NCBI RefSeq assembly: GCF_009914755.1
Contig: NC_060932.1
DNA from: the human T2T-CHM13v2.0 reference genome, Homo sapiens
Reading direction: 5' to 3' (one strand)
DNA: 64,000 nucleotides
The notes below the pieces were generated by a model. The model saw only the letters and a list, made by a program, of their open reading frames with translations. It did not search any database and was not told where the DNA came from. Numbering within the stretch: the stretch's first letter is position 1; each line of letters starts with the position of its first letter. This document shows positions 27,501 through 41,880 of this stretch, one piece after another. Both the position numbers and the translations under genes were made by a program.

Positions 27501-27754
27501 CGTAGAATGATGGCAGATTAAGGAAGAGCAATGAGTTCAGTATTAAAAATGATCAGGTAAGCAAGACAGCATGAATAAAAGTTAATGAAATGAATAGCAC
27601 ATTTAAATCCTTGAAAACTAAATGTGTTGAAATTGTCAATGTGGAGAAATAATTAAGCACCTGTGTATTGATTGTTTAAAGAAACAGTCTACTATTACAA
27701 AGATGTAAAATCAATAGTAAAACAATATAGATGATAGAAAAAATGGGCAGATCT

Positions 27755-28115
<361 letters not shown>

Positions 28116-29133
28116 TTATTAATGATATATTAGATATAGGTAACAGGATAATTAGTAAAGAAAAAAATGCTTAAATGATATACCCAGAATGTAGCATGGA
28201 AACACAAGGTCTAACATTTATTTAATTCAAATATGGGGGGAGAGAAGTGTAAGAGGATTCACCGTTTCAAGAGATTCTCAAAAAGAAATTAGGAGAAAGT
28301 ATAAATCCATTGATTCAAAGAACGTATTTCTAACAGATGATATAAAAATAAATTCACATTAGTTAAATTATAAATTATAAAACATTAAAACTAAACACCA
28401 GACCATATAAACATTGAAAAAAGGACAATTTATCATGAAATAATATTTATCTGATTATTATAGTAAAGCAAAAACTAAAAATGGGTAAACTAGTATCAAC
28501 AAATGTTGAGAGAAAATAACTGTTAGTATAGAATTGGGTACTCAGTAATGCTGTCTTTCAAGAACAAAAATAAAAATATGAAATTGACAGATAAAAACTA
28601 AAATTGTTCACTATCAAGAGATCTGCAGCAAATAAAATTTCAAAGGCTATATATCAGGAAGAAAGAATTTAACCCAAAAGCTGATCTCAGAGTCAACTTG
28701 GAATTCCATAAATATCACTAAACTGATGATAATAGTAATACTTTCTGACATGGGGGGGATCCTGAAAAGAAGTGAACTTTTAGTTTTGTTTAGAATTTAG
28801 AAAGTTATAGAAAAATGCTCTTGCCCTGACCAAGAGAATAAGCTGGATAATCTATAGATCATAGATTTCATTTTAAAAGACAGAGCTGAGGTCTCAAAAA
28901 AAGCTAATTAACTTAAATTCAGAGTAATGAAAGCCTACTGAAAAAAGAACGGATCCACAGATGATTTGTGTGTACCTGAGTTGCAGCAGCAGAAACAGGA
29001 GGAAGCTGCCCTTGATGGAGATAAGAAGGAAACAAGTGAACCTCAAGCAAATGTTGAAAGGCTGAATGTGGGCTTGTGATAGTTTAGCAGCAGTAGGGGC
29101 CCAAACACACTCACTCACTCACTAATGCTTTAA

Positions 29134-29543
<410 letters not shown>

Positions 29544-29999
29544 CCACTAATTGTTTTTTCATGACCTATCTTGTGTGCTCCTAGGTAAGATCAGATGGAG
29601 AGCAGGAGAACTACCTGAGACACTTTTGAGGGACAGGCATGTAGGAACTGCTGCAATTAGAGATCAAAGAAAGGTAGAGGTCGCACTGTGAGAATCGGGG
29701 AAAATCCTCTGTTACTGGGGAGTGGGTTGGGGAGCAGAGAGAAACCCCCTTCACTCTCTGTTCTCACAGGTGCATAAGAAGAGAGGCCTGATGAGGTCTG
29801 AAGGCAGGGCAGGACAGGTAGCTGAGAGAAGTAGATTCTCTGGTCTTTCACTGAGTGTGAGGCAGCTACTGCCCGAGGTTGGGCAAGGGATGGAAGCCCT
29901 GAGAGATTCTTGAGGTGCAGAGATAGAGGCTTGCTGAGGATGAAAGTGGACAGAAAAGCTAAGAGAGGCTCCAATGCTGACCATGGCACTCTGCAAGAA

Positions 30000-30720
30000 G
30001 AGAAAAAATGTGTATGTAGAGGTTTATGAGGGAAAATCGTGAGTTTGGTTTTGGATATATATTACTTTTGAAATCAAGTGTCCAAGTAGATATACCAGTT
30101 ATGCAGTTGGATAATTTATTTAAGCCTGGAGTTCAAAAGGAGGTCCAAAAGGAGAATTGAAAGGGATGAGACTTGCTGAGCCCCTCCAAAGAGTGTGTGG
30201 TGAGGGAGAAGAGAAGAGGACCAGGAACTGAGCTCTGCAGCTCTCCTATAGGAGGTGTGATGCAAAAGATGAGGAAGAAACAAAGGAAGCCGAAGTGGTA
30301 GCTCCAGTGAGACAGGCTGAGACTCAAGTGAATGTGCCGTCCTGGAAGCCAACTGAAGAAAGTATACTGTGAAGAAGGAAGTGATTATTTGTGTCAAATG
30401 CTGCTAATAGGCCGATTAAAGTTGTAGTGAAAAATGATCATTGGATCTAGTAATGTGGAGATTATTCGTAACTTTGACAAAAGTGGTGTCAATATCATGA
30501 TCGAAAAAGGGAGAAAGAGCCTGATTGGGATATATTTAAGAAACAATGAGAGGAGAGGAATTGAAGACAGAGAGTATGGACAACTATTCTAAGATGTTTT
30601 GTTGAAAAGTAGAGCAAAAAATGGGATGACAGCTGGCATCAGAAGAAAAGCAAGGAAATTCTTTTTCTTAGATCAGAAAAACAACAGCATATTTGTATGC
30701 TGATGGTAATAATTTACTAG
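30000..30720 (-). mobile_element. L2 fragment
   Basis: gagtttggttttgga...gcagttggat...ctggagttca, tgtcaaatgctgct, typical of L2. Confidence 0.65.
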
Positions 30721-31971
30721 CATCAAAATTAATGACACGGTCATGATATAGTGAACTGCAACAGGAAAATCCCCAGGTACACAGCGAAGAGGGAATATAA
30801 TACACAAATTTAAAAATTATTTGGATCTCTGAAACATCTGTTTTGATATTAACCTTTCATTCCTGCAATAGTTATTTTAAGCATGTTCTCATTTTCTCTT
30901 GTTCAGTGTTGCCAGGTTATTATAAAGTGTATTAGACTTTTTGAAAAACATTTTTAAAAATACTAGTTTTTTCTCATTTGTTTCATTAATTTATATTTTG
31001 TATTTATAATTTTCCCTTTATCTTCTTTAGGGTTATTATGCTGTTTTTTTTTCCCAGAAGCCCCCAAAATGCATGCTTAGCCCATTAAATTTTAGCCATT
31101 TTTGTATCGAAAGTTATGTTACCCATTTCTGTGTGGTTACCTGTAATATACCATGAGCAGCACTTCTTGGTGTCTTTGCTCCTTATTAATTCACTTGTCT
31201 GAAGTTCCTTTAACTTTCCTTTCTACTTTTCACTTTCACTTTGCAAATCATTTTTTATTCATAACCGCATAAAACATAATTTATTTTGAAAAGTCTCTCA
31301 TATAATTTTCACTTATTCTAGGATTATAATTTTTCCGTTTGTCTCTTCAAATAAAACCTTCAGATTTGTCAACACTCATTAAACAGTAGCTCCTATTGAT
31401 AGGATTCCATCCATCTCTTTTGACCTAGTAAGTGAATATAATAATAGATGCCACAGAAATTCAATCCTGTCAGATCTAACTGCCTACATATAAATTTCCA
31501 TGTCCCGCAAAGGCATCTCATTGAGGTCACATTCTGTTGTATCTTTACTTTGTATCTTGAGGTGCTTGGTGGGGCATGGAAATTTACATGTAGGCAGTTT
31601 CATCTGATAGGATTGAATTTCAGCAGCATCGATTATTATATCCACTCACTAGGTCAAAAGACATGGATGGAATCTTATCAACAGGAGCTACTGCTAAATG
31701 AGTCCCTTTTCTATTTTTCCCTATTATAATCCTAGTGAAGCTGTAAATATTAGGTTCTTGAACCCACAGGACTGATTCTAGTATCTTGTCTGGCCAGAGA
31801 TATAGCCTTCTGATCTGCAGAACCTTATAGTAATCAGCTACCAACTTACCTGGGGATAAGAGAATTTAAAAAAGAAGGAGAATAAGGAGAAGCAAATGGA
31901 GTCTCATGGCTGAAGGGCCAGCATCAATGTGGGTTGAGCCTGGAGTCTCTGGGCATCGTGGGTCTAGGCCT

Positions 31972-31978
31972 TTTTATG
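31972..31978 (-). promoter_or_regulatory. DEFB109 TATA-like box (CATAAAA)
   Basis: About 65 bp upstream of the ATG at 31907. Confidence 0.45.
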
Positions 31979-32239
31979 ATGCTCTCTGAGTCTGTGATTT
32001 GTTCTTGGTCAGTAAAGCCTAACGAAAAGAGAATAACTAAATCTCCCACAGGAAACTTCCAGGGACACACAAGTACATAAATGTGGTGATATCTCAATGG
32101 ATGAGAAAGCAGGTGAATGCTATTTATTTCCCAAAGATTCAGGATGTCTTTATTGTCACCTGCTTTCTTTATTATTTTTGAAATGCACATGCAATAATCA
32201 TTGATCTCACTTTATACATCTATCGTTTGCCAGGCAATA

Positions 32240-32570
32240 TAGTAGGAACTGAAGTAAAATTGTTATACACAAACAGTACATAATTAATGGATATAGTTTG
32301 GCAAGTTTGCACATATATATTATCTTGTTACCACACCAATATCCAGGTAATAATATATCCATCACCTCCAAATGTTTCCTACGTCCCTTTGTTGTTGTTG
32401 TTGTTGTTGTCAGAACCCCTAAGATCGACCCTCTTAACAAATTGTTAAATACAAAATACCTCATTGTTAACTATAGGTACTATGTTTTGGAGCCTATCTC
32501 TGTAATTGACTCATTTTGTATAGCTTTAACCCTTGAACAATAACTCCCCATATTGCTCTTTCCCCACTCA
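32240..32570 (-). mobile_element. L1M 3' end fragment
   Basis: atatccatcacctccaaatgtttcc, ttgttaactataggtac. Confidence 0.6.
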
Positions 32571-34128
32571 ATAAAACACCAAACTCTTTTAAAGCACATT
32601 CTATATAATCCACTTTATGAAGCTTTTCCTAACACTCTTTTATCTGTTCCCCCCCAGTAAAGGGAACTACTAATATAAGAATTACCTATTTTGGATTATT
32701 GTGTCTTTTACAAACATTCCTTCATGAACCCATTTAACACTTATCTCCCATTATCTTATTATGAAGTAAAATAAAACTTGACGTGATTTTAAAAATGAAA
32801 TCACAAAAGGGCTTTGTAAAATTATGATGTACCATTGCTTATTTGTAAGAATTCAAGTTACACTAGGGGTTTCTAAAAATCTTTTGTCTTTATTTGTTGC
32901 ATATTGTAAGCACAGTGTCTTTTCCAGCTATTTGCTTTGGGAAGAAAAGTTAGAGTTACAATGAACAGCATAGGCTATCCTGTCTAGTCACTTACATTAG
33001 AGATGAGGAAATGAGCTGAGGGAAAGGAAGAAACTTGCGCAGGATCACCCAGTGATCTAGCGAGGAAGGCGATAGGGACAGCACTAAGGCTTGGTATTCT
33101 GAGCCTCATTCTATTTTCTCCTCTTGCCCCTTCTCTGTTTCCTCCTCTCTTCCCCAGCCTTCCAGAAAAACTTTACAGTTCTGCTGCAATGTCTACCTAA
33201 GGACATCCAGAGGAGACCTCACTTTTCATTAGACTGCTTTTTTAAGCACTGTCTTGCATTTTCTTCTTCAGTCTTGTTGTATCCCATTTTTGGCTATAAG
33301 TAATGCTTCTGCTGTGCTGTTCCATCCAATTAGTTTCTTCTATTTTCATTGAGAGAAAATTAAAACAAAAAACCATTAGTTTATCTAAATTTGGAAGTTT
33401 TAAAACTTGATTAGAATTTCCTGGGATATGGATGTAAGACATATATTTTAAAATATTTTTCATTTTCAAAATTAAAAATCAAACCCATATATTTATCCAG
33501 GATGACTACTTGATAACTACTAATCAGATGGGTCTTCAGCAACGCCACAAGGATAAACATCTTATAAATCAATTCCCTGGCGTTATGTGCTACTGAGTTA
33601 ATACAATTTGATATGGTATCACCTTTAAGCAGGCTTTACGGAGTCACACAAAGGAACAGCACAACAGAACCATAGGGTGGAATGTATAGGGAAAGCTGGG
33701 ATGTAAAACCCAGCCTTGACTCTGACACTTACTCCACTGTTGAGAAAAGTACTTCAGTTCCCAGAGCCTTAATATTTTCCTCTATAAAACAGGAAAAATA
33801 GAGCCATATTTAAGGTTTTGTCAAATCTTGTTGCTGAGTGATTTTACAGTGTCTGCAGCTATCCTCTCTGCTAATCATAACAAGGCTAACGAACTGTTCT
33901 TTTGTTTAGTTAAAATTATTTTTGCATTTGTTTACAAATTGTTATTCTTCCCTTCACAGAAAAGGAAACATTTTAAAGGTAATTTATAAAAGGTTAAGAG
34001 TCTCTTACATATCAACTCTTCACAATGTGACAGAGTAGCTTAACCCCATCCCTAAGAGTATAGTTTCAGATCAGCCCCAAACCTATGTGGAGTGTGGGAT
34101 ACAGAATATATTTCAAACACATGCAAAG

Positions 34129-34143
34129 GCACACACACGTGCG

Positions 34144-34174
<31 letters not shown>

Positions 34175-34175
34175 A
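34129..34175. repeat. Compound (CA)n(CG)n(CA)n repeat
   Basis: 47 bp of alternating purine-pyrimidine sequence. Confidence 0.9.
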
Positions 34176-37100
34176 GTATTACCTAAGGCAGAGGTGCAGA
34201 TGACAATCTTGGATAGACAGCTCAAAACTCTTAGTACTAAAATAATCCTAATAATAATTTTCCTTCCAAAGTTACCACCAACAATCAGATCTCTTAAGGG
34301 TTGGTGCCTTAGGTTTTCGAGCCTTGTGTATCTTTTGGCTTTCTTTTTTGGTTGTGTGGTATTTATCTCATAGAAAGAAACCTCTTCTTCATCCTATGCC
34401 AGTGCTGTATTGTAGGGGCTTGTTGACATCTTCCTGATATGTAGCAATCCAGGTGACTGGCCTCTGGCTTCTTAAGAGCAAGGCCATCACATGCTTTTTT
34501 TTTTCTTTGTCTGCTTGTTTCCTTGTAAGGGTCCCACATACAGTGGGCGCTTAACAAAAATTTGATCAACTGAACTCATTTTCTATCTCCGTTCTCTCCA
34601 CTTCAATCTTTCCCTTTTACTTCTTCCAGATTAGTTTTCCTACAGCAAAATGGGAATTGTCCAAAAACTGCCCTTCATCTTTATAACTTGAAGGATTCAT
34701 TTACCCTAAGCCGTCCTTTTAAATTTACTATCACAGACTAGATAGAAATGTCTGGGTTCACGAAGAATAGGCATGTGTGCCACCATATTTTCTGTTGAAA
34801 ACTTTGGAAAGTGTCTTTTAGCAAACAACATGAAGCATAGAATTTGACCATCCCTGACAATGTACAAGGATCATCCACATTCTCACATGTCCATGGCTAC
34901 TTTCCCACTCCTTCCCCAACCTTGAAATCTTGAATTCAAAAGAAAATATGAGAAGACAGTTTGCCTCATATAAGGCAACAGGTTGCTTAATCTTTCTTGC
35001 CTACACACATTCAAGAGCTCCAGAAAATTTTCTGATCTACTTAGAATGCCTGATCATCTTCTTGGGTAAAAGCAATAAGTCTTACACAGAATCACCAAAA
35101 CCATGTCTGTTCAAGGGGTCTTATACCTGTGATTCATGATTGCATGCTCAATGCAGAAGGGCGTGCTCTGTTGCAGGGTCATATCTGGTCATTGTGTTTA
35201 AGTTCTAATTTAGAAGACTAGTTGCTGAGGAGGAAGAGGGAAGGATAATGTTAGGAAATGGAATCAAACTTAAGGGGAAAAGTCCAGTACAAGGGACCAA
35301 CAGTATTGAGGGGCAATAGGTTGAAGATTTCTTAGATTATTGCAATATTTTCAAGGAGGCCCCACGAATCCTTCCTGGCTGACCCCACCAAAGCTTTGGC
35401 ATAGCCTTTATGCCAAATGTCTTAGACTAACTAACTTTTCCAAAAGAAAATAGAGGAGTTATGGAGACCAATATTTAATAGAATAATGCCTGATTATTTT
35501 GCTTTTGAGGTCTAGTAACTGCTAGTAAACTTGCCTAATTAATTCACATTTAGAAGTAGAGTAAAGAGGGTTTCAACCACTTGAAACACCACTGACTTCA
35601 TTTCATGTGAGAGTTGCTATGGAGAGCTAATGAACTATGAGGCTGCAGGTCTCTCAGCCAATAGGTCTTCTAGATTTCCTATGTGACTCCCTTTTCTGGT
35701 CATAGGCGATTTTGCTTTTGCTTTGAGTGTTATAGCACAATAAGGTGTCAGACACTCTACTCTTACCAAGTCTTACACAAAGTTTATCTTGTTATTTGGT
35801 GGAGCTTGGCTCATAAAAACAAAAAAAAAAAAAACGAGAATGATAAAGAGGAGGACAGCAATCCTCACGGCTGAGGAAAGAAGAAAGCTTGGCTTTATTT
35901 CCAGTAGACAGAGAAAACTTCCGTCTGTGGCTCTCTAGCACCAGTGGAATATCTCTGTTTGGATAATAAGTGTCCTTCCATACCTCATTACGCATATTCA
36001 CAGAGATGTACTATGCACACAAAATAACCTTCATAGGATGACTGAGAGTCCATGTTTTATTGGACACTAAGTTCATTAGAATGATGTGGGTGCACAGTTT
36101 TGACCAGAAAACCTTGTTAAATGGGAACATAAGCTACCAATATTTTGGCAAAAGATTAAGGTTTATGAACAAACAACCATTTATGTTAAGTTACAATTAA
36201 TTAGGCCATGTTGAGAAACCTTTTAGTTTAGTTAATGATTAGACATTTTGTTAGTGAACCTTCCCAGAGTTTACTAGCCCTATTAATCCCCACTTTGCCG
36301 CTGGTCTGAACCCCCACAGTGCCTTGTTTATGGTACAGTGCCTACTGCCTTGTATGTTAGATTAGTGAACGTATATTTGCCTCCTCTACTACTGCAGGAG
36401 TTTCTTGTTTGCCAGGACAGGGCTATATTCCTCAGAGTTGAGGAGGAGTTGAATCAAGTGGTCATTTATTCTCAAATCCTCTTCATCAAGTGAAGCAAAA
36501 CAGGACAGTGAAAGGTCACTGCACATGGAAGCAGGAGGTCTGGATTTCAGTTCTAAATCTCTAGATCTATTACTAACTGGAGGTATCGATAGAGTCAGGA
36601 AAATTTTCTTCCTTAAGTCTTGATAGCACCTATGTAGGTCCAGATCCGTTGGATCTAGATAAGGGGATTCTCAATAATTACTGTGCATAAATCAACTGAA
36701 AGAGTTAGTTTGCAATGCAGATTCTTAGCCCCATTCTATGAAATTTTTACTGTTTTATAAATTGATAAATAATTTTTATTAGACAATGTAATTTTCCTTA
36801 CTTGCACCAGCATACAAAAATATTGAATAATATTAGCAGCAGAATCTTTCAACAAAATATCTATGTATAGCTATTAAACCACTTTGTTTCACTGCTTTTT
36901 ATTTTCTTTTATTTATCACTATTGTCTTCATTATTATCGTCACACATTATTGAATACCCATCATGGAGCATATGGCATAAACATTGTTTCTGCTCATAAG
37001 GAGTATGTATTCTCTACATGTTTATAAAATTAATGCCTGAATAAGTTTGCTTAAACAAGGCAGAAGTTGATTTCTTTTTCACTTAAAATTAACCTGTAGT

Positions 37101-37309
37101 TATACCATTCAGGGCTAGTACAGATTCTTTCTTATATCATTAGGGATGCAGGTCCCTTCCAGCTCTTTGCTCTGCTATACTTTAGAAAAGGTCGTAGTTT
37201 GGCTGCTAAATTCCCACCTATTATTTCTGAATTCTAGACAGCAGGGAGAAAAAAGGCACGAGAGAATGGCAAAGGAACATCTACCCTTCCTTTTTAAATT
37301 TTTTAACCA

Positions 37310-39070
37310 ACCCCCCTTAAAAACACTTTGTTGAGACATGATTACATTCAAAAAGCTGTACCTATTTAATGTGTATATCTCAGTGAGTTTGAGAATAAGG
37401 ATACATTGTGAAAGCATCACTACCATCAAGATTATAAACATATTCATCACCTCCCAAAGTTCTCCCTCCCATTCTAATTATTATTTTTATTGGTAAGAAT
37501 AATTAACATAAAATTCACCCTCCTATTATATTTTAAGTATGCAATACAGTATTCATAGCTATAAGCACTAAGCTGTAAATTAGACCTCCTGAACTTATTT
37601 ATGTGGTATATCTAAAACTTTGTACTGTAATCACACCTACACACTTACCTGCACCACAGCTCCTGGCCAGTCTACCCTCTGCTTCTGAGTTTGTTTTTTT
37701 GAGATTTCAAATACAAGTGGAATCATACAGTATTTGTCATTCTGTGTTTGGTTTATTTCACATGACTTCATGCCCTTCAGATGCATCAATGTTGTCACAA
37801 ATGACAGGGTTTCATTATTATATAATACTGAATAATATTCCATTGTGCATATATATATATATATATGTATAACATTAATTCAGCCATTCATGAATGAATG
37901 ATAACATGTATGTCTTCTTCATAGATCTTGACTATTGTGAACAGTGTTGAAAGGAACATAGGAGCGCAGATATCTCTTTCACATACTGATTTCAATGACT
38001 TCATATATATATATTTATATATATGATATATATATTATATATAAAATAAGTGGGATTGCTGGAACAAAATGGTATTTTTATTGTTAATTTTTGAGAAACC
38101 TCCATACTGTTTTCCAAGGTGGCCATACTAATTTACATTCCCACCACCAGTATACAAAGGTTCCCTTTTCTCCACATCCTTACCAACACTTGTTATCATC
38201 CATCTTTTTGATAATAGCTATTCTAACAGGTGTGAGGTGATATTTCTTGGTTGTTTTCATTTGCATTCCCGTGATGACTAGAGAGGGTAAGAATTGTTTA
38301 TATATATGTTGTCCATTTGTATCTCCTTTTTCGACAAATGCTTGCTCATATATCTTTGTTCATTTTTATGTTTTTAATTTTTATTTTACACACAGAGGAT
38401 ACATGTGCAGGTTTGTTACATGGATGTATTGTGTGCTGCTGAGGTTTACAGTATGAATGATCTCATCACACATGTAGTGAACATAATACCCAATAGGTAG
38501 TTTTTCAGGCCTTGCACCCAACCCTCCCTCCTCCCTCTAAGAATCTCCAGTGTCTGTTGTTTCCATATAAGTGAGAGCTGAACAGTGTATAACCCAATGT
38601 TTAGCTCTCACTTATACATGAGAATATGTAATATTTGGTTTTCTGCTCCTGCGTACCACACCACACTGGGCTAATTTTTATATTTTTGGTAAAGATGGGG
38701 TAGCTTCAGCATGTTGGCCAGGCTGGTCTTGAATTCCTGAGTTCATGCGATCCACCCACCTCACAAAGTGCTGACATAACAGGCATGACCCAGTGCACCT
38801 GGCTTTTCTGAACTTTTTTAGCTTATATTAGGTTTGTCTGTTCTAGAATTTTGTATACATTTATTTATATTATAGGACACTTTTTAGCTTAGCTTTCCCC
38901 ACTCGGGGTTAGAAAGATTATATTGATCCATGATCATGATGTCGATTCATAGAGTTGATTATTCCCATTTATTGATAAATATTACTCCATAATATGCATA
39001 TAATTTATCAATTTCCTCTCAATAGACATTTGAGCTGTTCCCAGGCTTCAGCTATTGTTAATAGAACTCA
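37310..39070 (-). mobile_element. Nested antisense L1M / L1PA-PB 3' ends with an Alu left-arm fragment (~38655-38800)
   Basis: catcacctcccaaagt, atttacattcccacca, acatgtgcaggtttgttacatgg. Confidence 0.7.
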
Positions 39071-39562
39071 AGGACACATTTTTAAAAGAAAAAATTTCAA
39101 CCCAAAATGTCCTTTCCTTTTGGCTCTCCAATATTGTGTCAGGGTTATATATTTGTTGTCTTGAAAATCCAATTACATTGAACAGGAGGTGTCTCTAGAA
39201 TCAAGGTTCAGTATATGGTGGTCTGGCTGTGTCCTGGAATGTAGCCCTTATTAGTTTTATTGAGCATTTTCCTATATAAATTGAAATCAAGTTGAAGACT
39301 CATTTTTCCACAGTAGGACAAATAGAACAGTTTAGGACTTTGGAGAGATAGCAACTTGCTGCTTGCCTGTGCAACCCACCTCAAAAGATACAACTCCTCC
39401 AACTTTTGATTTCTGGTGACTTCTCCAAACAATTAGATGTGAATTGACCTTATTCCCTTACATTAATACATGTCGATATTCTGCACCTGGCCAAATACAG
39501 TATAAAACTGATGAGCATACATTTCTTTTAGTTTCATATTTTCTATTTAAAGCTACTCTCTT

Positions 39563-39856
39563 TGGCTGGGCACTATGGCTCATGACTGTAATCCCAGCAG
39601 TTTGGAAGGCCAAGATAGGTGGATCACTTGAGGCCAGGGGTTTGAGACCTGCCTGACTAACATGATGAAAGCTGTCTTCCTGAAAAATACAAAAATTTTC
39701 TGGGTGTGGTGGCACGTGCCTGTAATCCCAGCTACTCAGGAGGCTGAGGCAGGAGAATCACTTGAACCCAGGAGGCAGAAGGTGCAGTGAGCCAAGATCC
39801 CACCTCTGCATTCCATCCTGGGTGACAGAATTAACCTCCATCTCAAAAAAATAAAA
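39563..39856 (+). mobile_element. Alu (S/J-type)
   Basis: Dimeric Alu with A tail. Confidence 0.9.
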
Positions 39857-40084
39857 AGCTAATCTATACTTTTCTTTTGGTGCATTATTAGAACATAGAA
39901 GGCAATAAGGCAAAACTATTGTGGGTATATTAGTGCGTATCTGTAGCACCTAGCACAGTGCCTAGCCCATAACTTGTGTTGAAAATTAAGAGAACCTTCT
40001 TCATGACAGATCATTTGGAGAACATGTTATGGGTGTGGGAGAAAAAGATTCCTAACTCTCCACCCCAGAAATAATTTTGCTGAT

Positions 40085-40282
40085 ACAAAAATCAGCCAGA
40101 CATGGTGGCACAGGCCTATAATCTCAGCTACTTAGGAGGATGAGTTTGAGGATAAGGATACATTGTGAAAAAGGTGGGAAAATCACTTGAACACAGGAGG
40201 CAGAGATTGCAGTGAGCCAAGAGTGCCCCACTGCACTCCAGCCTAGGCAACAGAGAAAGACTCTGTCTGAAAGAAAAAAAAA
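40085..40282 (+). mobile_element. Alu right arm carrying a 30-bp foreign insert
   Basis: Alu right monomer interrupted at 40141-40170. Confidence 0.85.
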
Positions 40283-40682
40283 AGTTGTTGCTATATAGCA
40301 CATAATTTCATTGTCATCTCATTTAAAATTGAATAGCACATTTGGGTTGAATTCTTGTGCCTGCAGATACATTTGCTTCTGGCTTAAAATCACTGGCTGT
40401 AGGAGGAAACTCCAGCAGAGGGCATCGTAAGGATTTCATAGTGTCTATGGTCATCTTGGTAATTCCTCAGATAATTCCTGGCAATTCTATTAGGTCTTGA
40501 ACTTCACTTACTTCTTACATGTTTAATAAAAAGAAGTTCAAAACATTGCCATGGCTGTTGAATTCCCACAGGCTTGTCTTCCCTTTAAAATTCATCACAT
40601 GGTTTGTACTCTTTTGCAGATATAATACGTAAGTTTGCAGGTGGATGCTTTCAGCCAATAAGTTCAAAAGTACTGCTACAAG

Positions 40683-41057
<375 letters not shown>

Positions 41058-41519
41058 TTAATTTCTTTAACTCCAAATTTGTGTTATGTCCCTTGGTCTC
41101 CTGTCATACCATAAATTGTATTATTCATAAAATGGACAATTTGTCTACAGTTATTTCTTCTCAGTATGCTACATCTCTTTAGAATTTAAACATAGAGTGT
41201 CTCCCAACCTGAAATTGAAAAACCAGAAAAATGTTTTCGGACACCTTTTATTTCCAGCTGTTTTTATGTCCTCTCCTGAATCCAAGTTGAGGGTAAAGTC
41301 CATTCATCAGCATTTCTCCTCAACTCACAACAACCTCATTCCACTCCAGTATGATGTTTGTCCCCACAAATTGATGCACATAATTCTTGCTGGCAGTGGT
41401 AATGTCCTAATAAAAAAATATCACGAGATGGCGTCAGACTTTACTTTATTTTCTAGCTCAGCAGAATTTGATTCCTGTCTGATAAGGAAACCCTATTTTC
41501 CCTAGAAACTTTTCACTTT

Positions 41520-41880
41520 TGTCACAGGTTTGGTTCCCAGGGAACTGGATATAGATAAAGTTTAGTGTGCAGGATGTTTATTAGGAAGTGATGTGAGGAT
41601 CCACATCTGTGGAAAGGATTGGAGGGAAGCCTTATGTGCAAAGGGACAAGTCTAATGGCAGTGCAGCCTGACATTGTCACCTGGCCACACGGACAGAGCT
41701 GTAGAGCTAAGAAGTCCTCCCCTATTTGTCCCAACTGAATCAAATGGCAAAGCCTATGTACCCCTTGCCTCCATTAATGATTGTGTGCTTGCCACTTGTG
41801 GAGGATGAGACTTTGAAGCAGGTGGCTTTCTGTGGCTGAAGAAAACCTTAAATGTGCTGACAAAGCTTTCCAAAGAGACA
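41520..41880. mobile_element. Ancient ERVL-class LTR (LTR16-like)
   Basis: tgtcacaggtttggttccc...gtgcaggatgtttattaggaagtgat. Confidence 0.5.
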
